Notes: generated by a model from the letters alone, not told the origin. Positions 9,104-18,783 are shown, numbered from the stretch's first letter. The stretch: 64,000 nt of DNA from an uncultured Bacilli bacterium (GCA_934086485.1 CAKOIF010000001.1:55438-119437); one strand, 5' to 3'. Made by a program: numbers and translations.

Positions 9104-9268
9104 CTAGTATTAGTTTTCGTAAATTATATACTTTTGAGAAAGTACATCCTCGTATTTATCTTATGTCTATTATAATTTAACCATTTTTTTGAGCAATTTT
9201 CAAGCCCTTTTATCGAAATTTGGTACCTCAATTTTCCTAAAAGTATATAATTTATGAAAGAATACCCC
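9104..9268. promoter_or_regulatory. putative invertible promoter switch, copy 2 (left arm 9104-9141, core 9142-9232, right arm 9233-9268)
   Basis: Perfectly complementary 15-mers at 9121-9135 and 9239-9253. Same architecture and orientation as copy 1. Confidence 0.7.
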
Positions 9269-9296
9269 AGTATTTATAAGGGATGGGAGAATATAT

Positions 9297-10970
9297 ATGG
9301 AAAAAAATAATGTAAAATTAATTGGAGTATTTGCAAGCGCTTTATTACTTGCAATAATTGTAACAGCATCGTTTGCATATTTTGGTTCATTTGATACTAA
9401 TTTAACAAATAATGTAGCCGTAAATGTAAATTCAGTATCACCTGGAGATGCAACATTTACCTCAAATGCAACGCAGTTAAATTTACAAGTACCAGCGGCA
9501 AATATGAGTCAGACAGCCTCGAATAATGAAATAGCGGCAGCCTCAAATACTGCAACACTAACAGTAAATTTAACTGGAGCAGCAAACTTGCTTACAACTT
9601 GTACATATGATATAGTTTATGAATATGATAGTACCTCAAATGTATATGGTAAAAGTCCGACTACAAAAAATGGTAACAAAGAAATAACATTACAAGTATC
9701 AAATGTAAATGGAACAAATAACTTTGCAAATGAAAAGAACTTTGATTATGATTCAAGTTGGAGTGGACTAAAAAGAACTCTAGTAAGTGGAGCAACAATA
9801 TCAAGTAATGGCTCGCTTACTACTCAAAATATATCAATAACTGGAAAGTATTATAACTTAACAATATCACAATCTTCTTTAGAGGGAAAAGCTTTTACAG
9901 GAAAAATATATGTAACAAATCATAGTTGTAGTACAAGTGAACCAGCATATATAACATTATTGAATAAGTATGGTGGAAAAGATAGTATAACAGAGCTTCC
10001 AGATAGTGCCTTTGAAAATGTATCTACCGCAAGTGATAAAGGTATGTATGCAAAAGCTGATGATTATACTGCAACAACAGGAATGAAATCTTACTATTAC
10101 AGAGGTGCCGTAGATAATAACTGGGTACAATTTGGAAAAGAAGGAGATAAAGATATATACTGGAGAATAATAAGAATTAATGGCGATGGAAGTATAAGGA
10201 TGATATACTCTGGTACAACAAAACCAGAAAGTGGTACAGCGGCAGTAATGACTGGAACAGGTACTCAAATAAGCACAAGTTTCTTTAATAGTAGTAGAGA
10301 TAAAGCAGAGTATGTCGGTTATCAGTATATAGAAGGACAACAACATGGTTATGGAAAATGTAATGGAACAAGTGCAAGCTGTACGGTAAATGAAAATACA
10401 GTATATAATAGTGCAATAAAACAGGCAATAGATAAGTGGTATGAAGGAACAACATTAGAAAAAGATGTAGCAACAAAACCATTAGTATCACAAGACCAAA
10501 TATTCTGTAATGATAGAAGTGCATCATCAACCCAATCAGCAGCTTGGACATCAACAGGAGCTACATATTACTATGGAGCATATGGAAGATTAACACAATC
10601 TACAAAAAGCCCACAATTAACTTGTCCTGAAGAAAATGATAAATTTACATTAAAGGAAAGTAGTATAGGAAATAAAGCGTTAGAATACCCAGTGGGACTT
10701 ATAACAGCGGATGAAGTAGCAATGGCAGGTGGAGTAGTTGGCGCAGGTAATAGTTCATATTACTTGTATACAAACCAAGTATATTGGTCGGGGTCGCCTT
10801 ATAATTTCAGTTCTAGTGGAGGTACTCGGGAATTTATTGCGATTTCTTCAGGTTACCTTGACCATAGTAGTGTGAATATTTATCGTGGCGCCCGTCCCGT
10901 CATAAGTTTATCCTCTTCAGTTAAATTATCGGGCAGTGGAACATATGATGATGTGTATGTAGTAAGCTAG
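9297..10970 (+). CDS. membrane-anchored surface protein, paralog P2 (long form)
   Basis: N-terminal anchor plus the module shared with P1/P3. C-terminal domain is shared with P3 and distantly with P4 (YWRIIRINGDGSIRMIYSG, IFCNDR, ARPVISLSS..GSGT). Confidence 0.8.
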   Translation: MEKNNVKLIGVFASALLLAIIVTASFAYFGSFDTNLTNNVAVNVNSVSPGDATFTSNATQLNLQVPAANMSQTASNNEIAAASNTATLTVNLTGAANLLTTCTYDIVYEYDSTSNVYGKSPTTKNGNKEITLQVSNVNGTNNFANEKNFDYDSSWSGLKRTLVSGATISSNGSLTTQNISITGKYYNLTISQSSLEGKAFTGKIYVTNHSCSTSEPAYITLLNKYGGKDSITELPDSAFENVSTASDKGMYAKADDYTATTGMKSYYYRGAVDNNWVQFGKEGDKDIYWRIIRINGDGSIRMIYSGTTKPESGTAAVMTGTGTQISTSFFNSSRDKAEYVGYQYIEGQQHGYGKCNGTSASCTVNENTVYNSAIKQAIDKWYEGTTLEKDVATKPLVSQDQIFCNDRSASSTQSAAWTSTGATYYYGAYGRLTQSTKSPQLTCPEENDKFTLKESSIGNKALEYPVGLITADEVAMAGGVVGAGNSSYYLYTNQVYWSGSPYNFSSSGGTREFIAISSGYLDHSSVNIYRGARPVISLSSSVKLSGSGTYDDVYVVS

Positions 10971-10980
10971 GTTATAAAAT

Positions 10981-11003
10981 ATGCTATTAAATTAGCATTT
11001 TTT
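10981..11003 (+). terminator. rho-independent terminator after P2
   Basis: ATGCTA-ttaaat-TAGCAT hairpin followed by a T run. Confidence 0.55.
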
Positions 11004-11004
11004 A

Positions 11005-11032
11005 TTGACATAAAATCCAAAATATATATAAT
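11005..11032 (+). promoter_or_regulatory. sigma-A-type promoter of the amidoligase gene
   Basis: TTGACA (11005-11010), 16-nt spacer, TATAAT (11027-11032). Confidence 0.55.
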
Positions 11033-11060
11033 AAATAATATCTATAAAGGGGGTAAGAAT

Positions 11061-12917
11061 ATGTCTTTATTAATTGTAATTATAACATCTGTTATAATGG
11101 GACTACTTCCAACAGGGATAAAATATTTATCTGTAATGGCAAGCAATCTACTTCCTAAAAATTTAAAGCATAAATATCAAAATAGTAGTTTTTATTTAAA
11201 AAAGTATAGAGAAGTTTATGATATAGCTATTTCTTTGAAGTTTAGTGATAAATTCAAACTAGGCTTAATAAGTAAAAAAGTCCTTAAAAAAATGACTTCT
11301 TTAGATTTGATTGATATTGTGGATAATTTAAAATATGATGAAAATAAACTTAAATTTCTTTTGAAAAGTGAAGTTTTAAAAAACTTATTTAAAATGGATA
11401 GTAAAATAACCTTTAATGATAAAAATTTTTATGAATCACTATATAATAGTGTAAATGATGATGAAAAAATAAATCTGCTTACTCACATAAATAATGATGA
11501 ATTTGTAATAGAAAAATATGATCATTTAAAGAAAAAATTAAGTGATAAGAATAAATGTAAAATTATATGTTCATTAGAAAATGATGATAATAAGACAAAA
11601 CTTATTAATGATGTAAAAATTGAAAGTTTGACATATCAAATTCTTTGTACATATAAAAGTTTTGAAAAAGTTGAGAATTATTTATTGTCTTTAAAAGATT
11701 TATATCAATATTATTTAGTAAAACTTATGAGTGAGGAAGAAATTATAAGACTTCTTGAGAAAAATTTATTAATTAAACAAATATTAAGATGTACAAATAA
11801 TAAAGAAAGGTTTAATACTTATTTTTCATATCTTTCCTTAAAAGATCAAATAGATGTTTTAAAAATAAATCCTAATAGTGAAATGGTTTTATCAACATAT
11901 TTAAATATAAAAGATATGCTTAATGAAAAAGAAAAATTAGAAATTTTAGTAAATATTCTAAAAAATGGTGATGAGAATATTAAAAAAGAAGCATTTAATT
12001 ATTTACCAAACTCCGTAATAAAGGATATTATTTTAACAAATGAAGAAAAACATAGTGATGAGAATGTTAAATTATATAATGGTGTTTCTGATAAAGTAAC
12101 TTTTGGCGTAGAACTTGAATCATCGCATAAAGATAGTTTATTAATTAAAAAGTTAAGTACAATAAACTCTAATTGGATTTTAAAAGGAGATAGTTCAATT
12201 AAGGGAGGAGTGGAAATAGTTTCACCAATACTTCATTATGATAAAAAATCCTTAATGAATTTAAAATATGTTTGTGATTTTATGGAAGCAAATAATTTTG
12301 AGGTAACAAATGAGTGTGGTGGACATATTCATATTGGCTTTGACTTTTTTGACAATGTTAAAGAACTAGAAATGCTTTATATGATATATGGCAATGCTCA
12401 AGATATTTTCTTTGATATATGTAATCGTAAGGGTTCTATCCAAAGACCTAAATTATTAGATTATGCTAAACCTATTACGAGTAAATTATATTTAGCAATT
12501 ATTACTCATAAATTTGATGATAATATAAATTTAAATGCTTTTGTTAAAGAAATGAAAGAATTACAATCAGGTAGATTTTTTGATATAAATATATTAAATG
12601 CCCAAAGTAAATTGAAAAATACAATTGAATTTAGATTTCCAAATGGAGAAATTAATTATGAAGAAGTTTTACTTAATATTACTTTGATTATAAAACTTTG
12701 TATGGCTGCGAAAAAATATGCAAGTATAAATTGTTATGATGAAAAATATTCAGTAATTAAACTTTTACAGTGTGAGACAAATAAAGATACTAGAAAAAAC
12801 ATTTTATTTAAAATTCTTTTTGATAATGACGAGATGCTTAAAAATATTTATAATGAAAGATATGAAGCAAATAATAAAGAAGATGTTTTTGAAAGAAGAT
12901 TTGTAATTGATTTTTAA
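11061..12917 (+). CDS. amidoligase-domain protein (Amidoligase_2-like) with long helical N-terminal region, paralog A1
   Basis: C-terminal motifs FGVELES, GGVEIVSP, CGGHIHIG and IEFRFPNG. Paralog of 41630..43405. Confidence 0.6.
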   Translation: MSLLIVIITSVIMGLLPTGIKYLSVMASNLLPKNLKHKYQNSSFYLKKYREVYDIAISLKFSDKFKLGLISKKVLKKMTSLDLIDIVDNLKYDENKLKFLLKSEVLKNLFKMDSKITFNDKNFYESLYNSVNDDEKINLLTHINNDEFVIEKYDHLKKKLSDKNKCKIICSLENDDNKTKLINDVKIESLTYQILCTYKSFEKVENYLLSLKDLYQYYLVKLMSEEEIIRLLEKNLLIKQILRCTNNKERFNTYFSYLSLKDQIDVLKINPNSEMVLSTYLNIKDMLNEKEKLEILVNILKNGDENIKKEAFNYLPNSVIKDIILTNEEKHSDENVKLYNGVSDKVTFGVELESSHKDSLLIKKLSTINSNWILKGDSSIKGGVEIVSPILHYDKKSLMNLKYVCDFMEANNFEVTNECGGHIHIGFDFFDNVKELEMLYMIYGNAQDIFFDICNRKGSIQRPKLLDYAKPITSKLYLAIITHKFDDNINLNAFVKEMKELQSGRFFDINILNAQSKLKNTIEFRFPNGEINYEEVLLNITLIIKLCMAAKKYASINCYDEKYSVIKLLQCETNKDTRKNILFKILFDNDEMLKNIYNERYEANNKEDVFERRFVIDF

Positions 12918-12977
12918 TACTGGAAAAAAGTGTTAATATAAATCAGATTTAAAAAGACATAATAATAATGTGATATT

Positions 12978-13937
12978 ATGAAAAAAGTATTATTGATTTT
13001 AAGTTTATTATTTCTTCCTTTAAAGATATATGCATATTCTGATTATGTCGTTTTAGGAGGAAAAACATTAGGCATTAAAGTAGACACTAAAGGTGTGATG
13101 GTTATTGGCTTTTATAAAGTTAATGGAAAATATAATAAGGGAAATCCTGCCTTAGCAAATGGCGATTATATTATAAGAATTAACGATATAGAGGTAAACG
13201 ATGTAAATAGTTTGTCAAATGCTATTGAAAAATTTATTAGAGATGAAAATGTTGATGTAACTTTTATTAGAAAAGGAATAGAGAAAAAGACTAAACTTGA
13301 TTTAATAAGTATTGATGGTGTTATTAAAACTGGTCTTTTTGTCAAAAGTTCTATAATGGGTATTGGAACACTTTCATACATTGATCCCAATACATTAATT
13401 TATGGCGCTTTAGGACACGAAATTGTTGAAAGTAATACTAATGAAAGAGTAGAAATAAAAGATGGAACAATTTTTAATAGTTTTGTAACCGGTATTGAAA
13501 AAAGTGTAATAGGAACTCCAGGAAGTAAAATAGCTAAATTTAATTATAATTATGAATTTGGTAATATTGTAAAAAATACAAGGTATGGAATATTTGGTAT
13601 TTATAATGATAAAATAGATCAAAATAATTTAATTAAAATAGGTAATGCTAAAATAGGAAGTGCAAAAATTAAAACTGTTTTGAATGGTGAAAAAGAGGAA
13701 GAATTTAATATTGAAATAACAAAAATAAATGATACCAGTGATATAAAAAATATTACTTTTAAAATAGACGATGATAGGCTTTTATCACTTACTGGTGGAG
13801 TTATTCAAGGTATGAGTGGTTCACCAATTGTTCAAAATGATGAAGTTGTGGGTGCTCTTACACATGTTATTGTTGATAATCCTTATTCTGGTTATGGTAT
13901 TTTTATTCAAAAAATGCTCGAAGAGGGTGAAAGATAA
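12978..13937 (+). CDS. spoIVB: SpoIVB-like stage IV sporulation serine peptidase (S55)
   Basis: Signal peptide, PDZ-like segment (GDYIIRINDIEVNDVNSL) and catalytic region GMSGSPIVQNDEVVGALTHV. Confidence 0.7.
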   Translation: MKKVLLILSLLFLPLKIYAYSDYVVLGGKTLGIKVDTKGVMVIGFYKVNGKYNKGNPALANGDYIIRINDIEVNDVNSLSNAIEKFIRDENVDVTFIRKGIEKKTKLDLISIDGVIKTGLFVKSSIMGIGTLSYIDPNTLIYGALGHEIVESNTNERVEIKDGTIFNSFVTGIEKSVIGTPGSKIAKFNYNYEFGNIVKNTRYGIFGIYNDKIDQNNLIKIGNAKIGSAKIKTVLNGEKEEEFNIEITKINDTSDIKNITFKIDDDRLLSLTGGVIQGMSGSPIVQNDEVVGALTHVIVDNPYSGYGIFIQKMLEEGER

Positions 13938-14000
13938 GTATATTATTTTTGTATTAACATATAATATTTTTAGAAAACATTTTGTTTTCTTGACATAGAT

Positions 14001-14026
14001 GAGTTTACAAGCGTAAACTCTTTTTG
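14001..14026 (+). terminator. rho-independent terminator after spoIVB
   Basis: GAGTTTAC-aagc-GTAAACTC hairpin followed by T5. Confidence 0.65.
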
Positions 14027-14085
14027 TTTGAAAAAATTTATTAATTAAAAAAAGTTTATAAAATTCTTACAAACCCAGTATTTAC

Positions 14086-14250
14086 CTAGCATCAGTTTTC
14101 CTATATCATATACTTTTGAGAAAAATCATCCTAGTATTTATGCTATCATCAATATAATTTAATCATTTTTTTGAGTGATTTTCAAGTCCTTTTCCCGAAA
14201 ATTGGTACCTCTATTTTCCTAAAAGTATATGATTTGTGAAAATAGACCAT
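14086..14250. promoter_or_regulatory. putative invertible promoter switch, copy 3 (left arm 14086-14123, core 14124-14214, right arm 14215-14250)
   Basis: ATCATATACTTTT (14105-14117) is exactly complementary to AAAAGTATATGAT (14221-14233). The substitution relative to copies 1 and 2 is present in both arms. Confidence 0.7.
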
Positions 14251-14277
14251 AGTATTTATAAGAGATTGGAGAGGATT

Positions 14278-16017
14278 ATGAAGATTAATAAAAATAAATT
14301 TAAAAGCATTATTGCCTCAGTATTTTTACTTGTTTTAGTAATAGGTGCAGCATATGCTTATTTAGGTACTTTTAATGTTGATTTAAGTAATGATATAGCA
14401 GTTAATATTAATTCAACAAGTCCAGGTAATATAGCTTTTGTAGCAAATGCTACTCAATTAAACTTGCAAGTACCAGCATCAAGTATGGGTTCATATTTAG
14501 CAAATAATACTGTAGCGGCAATGGAAAATAATACAGTATTAAGTGTAAGTCTTCAAGGAGCAAATGGATTTAAAACAACTTGTACATATGATATAGTTTA
14601 TGAATATGATAGTTCATCATTAGTTTATGGAAGTTCTAACGCTCCAGTTACAAGTGGTGCAACAAAAGAAATAACATTACAAATAGAAAATGTAACAGGA
14701 ACTAATTATTATGAAACAGAAAGAAATTTTAATTATTATACAGGTTCATATAATGGTAATACAAATGATAAATGGACATCAACCACTAAAAGAACATTAG
14801 TAAGTGGTGCAACAATAGAAAGCAAAGGGACTATTACAAGTCAAAGTATAAATGTAATAGGTAGATATTATAATTTAGATGCTTATCAAGATTTAGGTGG
14901 TAAAGCTTTTAATGGTACAATCTATGTAGAAAATGTTAATTGCAGTCTAGAAGAAACTGAACCAATGGAATTTGGCTATATGACAATTTTAAAAAACAAT
15001 GGAGGTAAAACAGCGATAGAAGCAAAATCAGTTGATTTAAGTGTAATACCTAAAACAAATGAAGGAATGTATGCAGCGCAGGATGATTTAGGAACATCAT
15101 ATTATTTTAGAGGAGCAGTAGATAATAACTGGGTAAAATTCGGCAAATATAAAAAAAATACATATATTTATTCATACATATATGATGAAGAAAATCAGTA
15201 TAAAACAAACCTTTTTACTGATGAATGTGATGATACCAAAATGGATTGTATGTTATTAGCATCAGAAGGTGATGATATGTACTGGAAAATAATACGAATA
15301 AATGGTGATGGAAGTATAAGAATGATTTATAGTGGAATAACACCTCCAACTGAAGATACTAGTCTAGCAAATTTAGATGATAATAATATTGGATTCTCTC
15401 AATTTAATGAAACGAATGATAAAGCAGAGTATGTTGGCTATATGTATACCATCGGAGAACAACACGGAATAACACAAAATAGTAAAATTAAAGCATATAT
15501 TGACAATTGGTACGAAAATTACACTAACTTTGTTTCTAATGATTTAATAAGTAATGAAATATTTTGTAATGACAGAGAACTTCGAAAAGGTTATACTTGG
15601 TCAGATAGAGATGAAATTGATTATGCACCTTACGAAAGAGCAACGTATTCAGTTTATTACCCAATATTAACTTGTACTAACAACAACGATAAATTTACAG
15701 TAAGTACAAATAATGGAAATGGAGCTTTAACGTACCCAATAGGTTTGTTAACATCGGATGAAATACTTATGTCTTGTTTTGACGCACGAGGACATTCATT
15801 TAATGCTGATTGCTTTTTGAGTTCGAATTTAGAGTATATGTTGCTATCGCCAGCGGACTTTAATGTTGATGCTGAAATTTATATAATATCGGATAATGTT
15901 TTTAATACTGCAAATGTAATTTATTCATATGGTGTAAGACCTGTAATAAGCCTATCATCAGATGTTGTGTTAACGGGAGATGGAACTTGGAATAATCCTT
16001 ATGAGGTTGTAAGTTAA
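14278..16017 (+). CDS. membrane-anchored surface protein, paralog P3 (long form)
   Basis: Start moved to ATG 14278 (GGAGAGG RBS), because the 14236 GTG extension lies inside the switch. Same modules as P2. Ends VRPVISLSSDVVLTGDGTWNNPYEVVS. Confidence 0.8.
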   Translation: MKINKNKFKSIIASVFLLVLVIGAAYAYLGTFNVDLSNDIAVNINSTSPGNIAFVANATQLNLQVPASSMGSYLANNTVAAMENNTVLSVSLQGANGFKTTCTYDIVYEYDSSSLVYGSSNAPVTSGATKEITLQIENVTGTNYYETERNFNYYTGSYNGNTNDKWTSTTKRTLVSGATIESKGTITSQSINVIGRYYNLDAYQDLGGKAFNGTIYVENVNCSLEETEPMEFGYMTILKNNGGKTAIEAKSVDLSVIPKTNEGMYAAQDDLGTSYYFRGAVDNNWVKFGKYKKNTYIYSYIYDEENQYKTNLFTDECDDTKMDCMLLASEGDDMYWKIIRINGDGSIRMIYSGITPPTEDTSLANLDDNNIGFSQFNETNDKAEYVGYMYTIGEQHGITQNSKIKAYIDNWYENYTNFVSNDLISNEIFCNDRELRKGYTWSDRDEIDYAPYERATYSVYYPILTCTNNNDKFTVSTNNGNGALTYPIGLLTSDEILMSCFDARGHSFNADCFLSSNLEYMLLSPADFNVDAEIYIISDNVFNTANVIYSYGVRPVISLSSDVVLTGDGTWNNPYEVVS

Positions 16018-16024
16018 ATAAAAA

Positions 16025-16046
16025 CTCAGTAGTTTTATCTACTGGG
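16025..16046. terminator. bidirectional hairpin between convergent genes
   Basis: CTCAGTAG-ttttat-CTACTGGG hairpin between the P3 stop and the stop of the minus-strand lipoprotein gene. Confidence 0.5.
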
Positions 16047-16493
16047 TTATTTTATGTTTTTGAAATTACTCTGTATTAAATCAGCATTATTTTTTTCATC
16101 CATTATAACTATTATTACATTTTGATTACTATCAATTATTACACTATCTGGGACTACACATATCCATCTATTAGGATCAACTGAATTTTTTAAAATATCT
16201 ACTGATTTTTGAGTATCTATATTATCATTTAATCTAATTATTCCTATCATATAGGCTATTGCATTAATATTTGCTTCGGAAACTATTGCTTCTTTAAAAT
16301 CAATATCAGCATCACCAAAATAATCCTCAAAATTATCTTTTGTAATTTTAGTAATATAATTATCTGGTAACTGGGCTCCTTTAGTCGATGTTTTTAAGAT
16401 ACTTTTTAAACTCATCTTTGTAATATCGTTTTCTTTTTTACAACCGGTAATAAGTAATAATGAAACTGTAATTAATAAAAATATTTTCTTCAT
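16047..16493 (-). CDS. putative lipoprotein
   Basis: Signal peptide with lipobox LLITGC. Confidence 0.65.
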   Translation of the reverse strand: MKKIFLLITVSLLLITGCKKENDITKMSLKSILKTSTKGAQLPDNYITKITKDNFEDYFGDADIDFKEAIVSEANINAIAYMIGIIRLNDNIDTQKSVDILKNSVDPNRWICVVPDSVIIDSNQNVIIVIMDEKNNADLIQSNFKNIK

Positions 16494-16613
16494 TTAATCT
16501 ATCCTTTCAATAATATTTTATCAAATATAAAAATAAAAAGAAAGTGGTAAGAAAGTTCTTTATTTTCATATTAAAGTATGATAAACTAATTGTAGTTATA
16601 GGATGGTTGTATT

Positions 16614-17642
16614 ATGAAAAAAGTTTTAAAAAATATCTTGAAAGTTTTATCTTTTATTGGAGTATTTATATTAATGGTTGTATTTACTTTGAATGCATCA
16701 TTACTTCTTATATGTTATGGTCCAAGTAAATCTGCAAGAAATATATTTACAACAACATTTTTAGAGACAGGTGCTTTTAAATTTGTTGTTCATTTAGTAC
16801 TTCCTAGTAAGACAATTAATGAAATAGTAAATAGTAACTCTTTAAAAGACTTAAATAAAGATGTTGATAGTAGTTTAATTGATGTTAATAACGAAAATAA
16901 AAAAGATATTAAAATCGAAGAGGTTAACGGAAGTAATTTCCATGGAACTATGATGATAATTAGTGATCCATCAAGAGTTAAAGTTGCGACTACTGCACCA
17001 TTTTCTGAATATGGTAAAACTCTTGATGAAATAGTTAAGGAAAATGATGCTATTGGTGGAGTAAATGGTGGTATTTATGTATCTACTCTTAATAAAGGTG
17101 GGTATCCAATGGGTGTTGTTGTTTCAAAAGGTGAAATAGTTTGGAATAGTCCAAATGGTGTTGGTTATCATTTAATTGGTTTTGATGAAAATAATATTTT
17201 AAAAATACTTCCTTTACAAGGACTTGATAAAAGTGGAGTAGAAAAACTTGTAAAAGAGGAAAAAATAAGAGATGCAGTTACTTTCCAAGAGGAAGCAAGT
17301 GATGCAAATAATCACTTTGTAAAACTTATTATTAATGGCGAAAAAAGAGAAAGTAATGGTCTTGGAAGTGGAGCAAATCCTCGTACAGCAATTGGCCAAA
17401 AAGCTGATGGAACAGTCTTACTTCTTGTTACAGATGGAAGAGGAGCATCAGGTCATCTTGGTGCTACAGCATCAGACCTAATTGAAGTTATGGAAAAATA
17501 CGGCGCTGTAAATGCTGCGAATCTTGATGGAGGGTCTTCCTCAACAATGTATTACGAAAATAAATATTTAATGACTTCGGTAACTTTATATTATTCAAAT
17601 TCATCTTGGCGTTTACCTGAGGCATTTATTATAGAAAAGTAG
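16614..17642 (+). CDS. phosphodiester glycosidase family protein (NAGPA/DUF2233-like)
   Basis: N-terminal TM segment. Motifs PRTAIGQKADGTVLLLVTDGR and NLDGGSSSTMYY. Confidence 0.7.
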   Translation: MKKVLKNILKVLSFIGVFILMVVFTLNASLLLICYGPSKSARNIFTTTFLETGAFKFVVHLVLPSKTINEIVNSNSLKDLNKDVDSSLIDVNNENKKDIKIEEVNGSNFHGTMMIISDPSRVKVATTAPFSEYGKTLDEIVKENDAIGGVNGGIYVSTLNKGGYPMGVVVSKGEIVWNSPNGVGYHLIGFDENNILKILPLQGLDKSGVEKLVKEEKIRDAVTFQEEASDANNHFVKLIINGEKRESNGLGSGANPRTAIGQKADGTVLLLVTDGRGASGHLGATASDLIEVMEKYGAVNAANLDGGSSSTMYYENKYLMTSVTLYYSNSSWRLPEAFIIEK

Positions 17643-17649
17643 GTATAAA

Positions 17650-18783
17650 ATGAGTAAGAGAAAAAAGAAAATGACAGGGTATAAAAAATCCTTGCTTATA
17701 TGGTTTTTATTATTATTAATTGCTAGTGAAGCATGTTTAATATATGTTTCTACTACGTTAAAAATGTATGAAAAAGGTAATATTGAAGGGTATATGACAT
17801 CTTTAATCAAAGATATGAAAACTGCAAGTAAAGTAGGAAATATAAACAAATATTTATCTTACAATAAAGTAGAAAGCAAATATGAAAAAACGTCTTCTTT
17901 CGAAGAGGGTTATAAAGAATTATTTAATGAAAGTAAATTAAGTTATAAGAAAAATGATAAAGAAAATACTTATGATATTTATGCAGATGACACCATGATT
18001 GCAAGTGTAACTTTAGATAGTAAAATGGTAAGAAGACTTGGAATTCTTTCTTTCGAAGAATACTCTATAAAAGAAATCGAAACATATAGCAAAAATGGTA
18101 TTTATAACATTGATGTATATGTAAATAGTAATTATGATTTATATATTAATGATATTAAAGTAAGTGATGAAGACCTTTTAAGTAAAGAGGAAATCAAAGA
18201 ATACTCTGAAGTTTATGATAAAGTTGATTTACCTTATGAAAATCATTATAAAATAACTAATTTAACTAAAAAGCCTAAAATTAAAGTTATGAGTGGAAAT
18301 GATGAAGTAAAAGTAACTAATGAAAAGTCTACTTATTATGGCGTATCATATTTTAAAACTGATGATAAAGATGCTGCGTTTGCTAAACTTACAAATAAAG
18401 ATTATGATCCATTAACATTTGCTAAAAATTGGAGTTTATTTTTAACTGCGGACCTTCCTGGTGAAAGATATGGTCTTTATACTTTAACACCTAATTTAGT
18501 TCAAGGGACAGCACTATATAAAAGAGCATATAGCTGGGCTACAAATGTAGATATAACATTTACCTCAATGCATACGCTTGATAAAGAAACATTTACAAAT
18601 GTAAAAATGAATGGCTTTACAGTGTATAATGAAAATGCTTTTAGCGTAGATATTTATTTAGAAAAGAATATGACTTTAGTTAATGGCGAAAAAAGGGTTG
18701 ATACATTAAATGATACATTCTATTATGCTTATATTGATGGGGCATATAGATTAATAACTATGAAATCGAAAGGTGATAATTAA
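17650..18783 (+). CDS. membrane-anchored hypothetical protein
   Basis: 377 aa with one N-terminal TM segment. Sits in an operon-like array with cell-envelope genes. Confidence 0.55.
   Translation: MSKRKKKMTGYKKSLLIWFLLLLIASEACLIYVSTTLKMYEKGNIEGYMTSLIKDMKTASKVGNINKYLSYNKVESKYEKTSSFEEGYKELFNESKLSYKKNDKENTYDIYADDTMIASVTLDSKMVRRLGILSFEEYSIKEIETYSKNGIYNIDVYVNSNYDLYINDIKVSDEDLLSKEEIKEYSEVYDKVDLPYENHYKITNLTKKPKIKVMSGNDEVKVTNEKSTYYGVSYFKTDDKDAAFAKLTNKDYDPLTFAKNWSLFLTADLPGERYGLYTLTPNLVQGTALYKRAYSWATNVDITFTSMHTLDKETFTNVKMNGFTVYNENAFSVDIYLEKNMTLVNGEKRVDTLNDTFYYAYIDGAYRLITMKSKGDN

Noticed and set aside
9297-9400. Possibility that P1-P3 are type IV pilins processed by the nearby prepilin peptidase. They have a short basic leader, and Gly precedes the hydrophobic helix in P1 and P2.
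   Set aside because: There is no G-F/T-L-I-E-type motif and no Glu at +5. P3 lacks the Gly, and the proteins are far larger than pilins. A signal-anchor is the simpler reading. It remains testable by N-terminal sequencing.
9957-10554. Two minus-strand ORFs (9957..10346 and 10285..10554) inside P2.
   Set aside because: They are antisense shadow ORFs with low-complexity, Cys/His/Leu-rich translations. P2 on the plus strand has paralog support.
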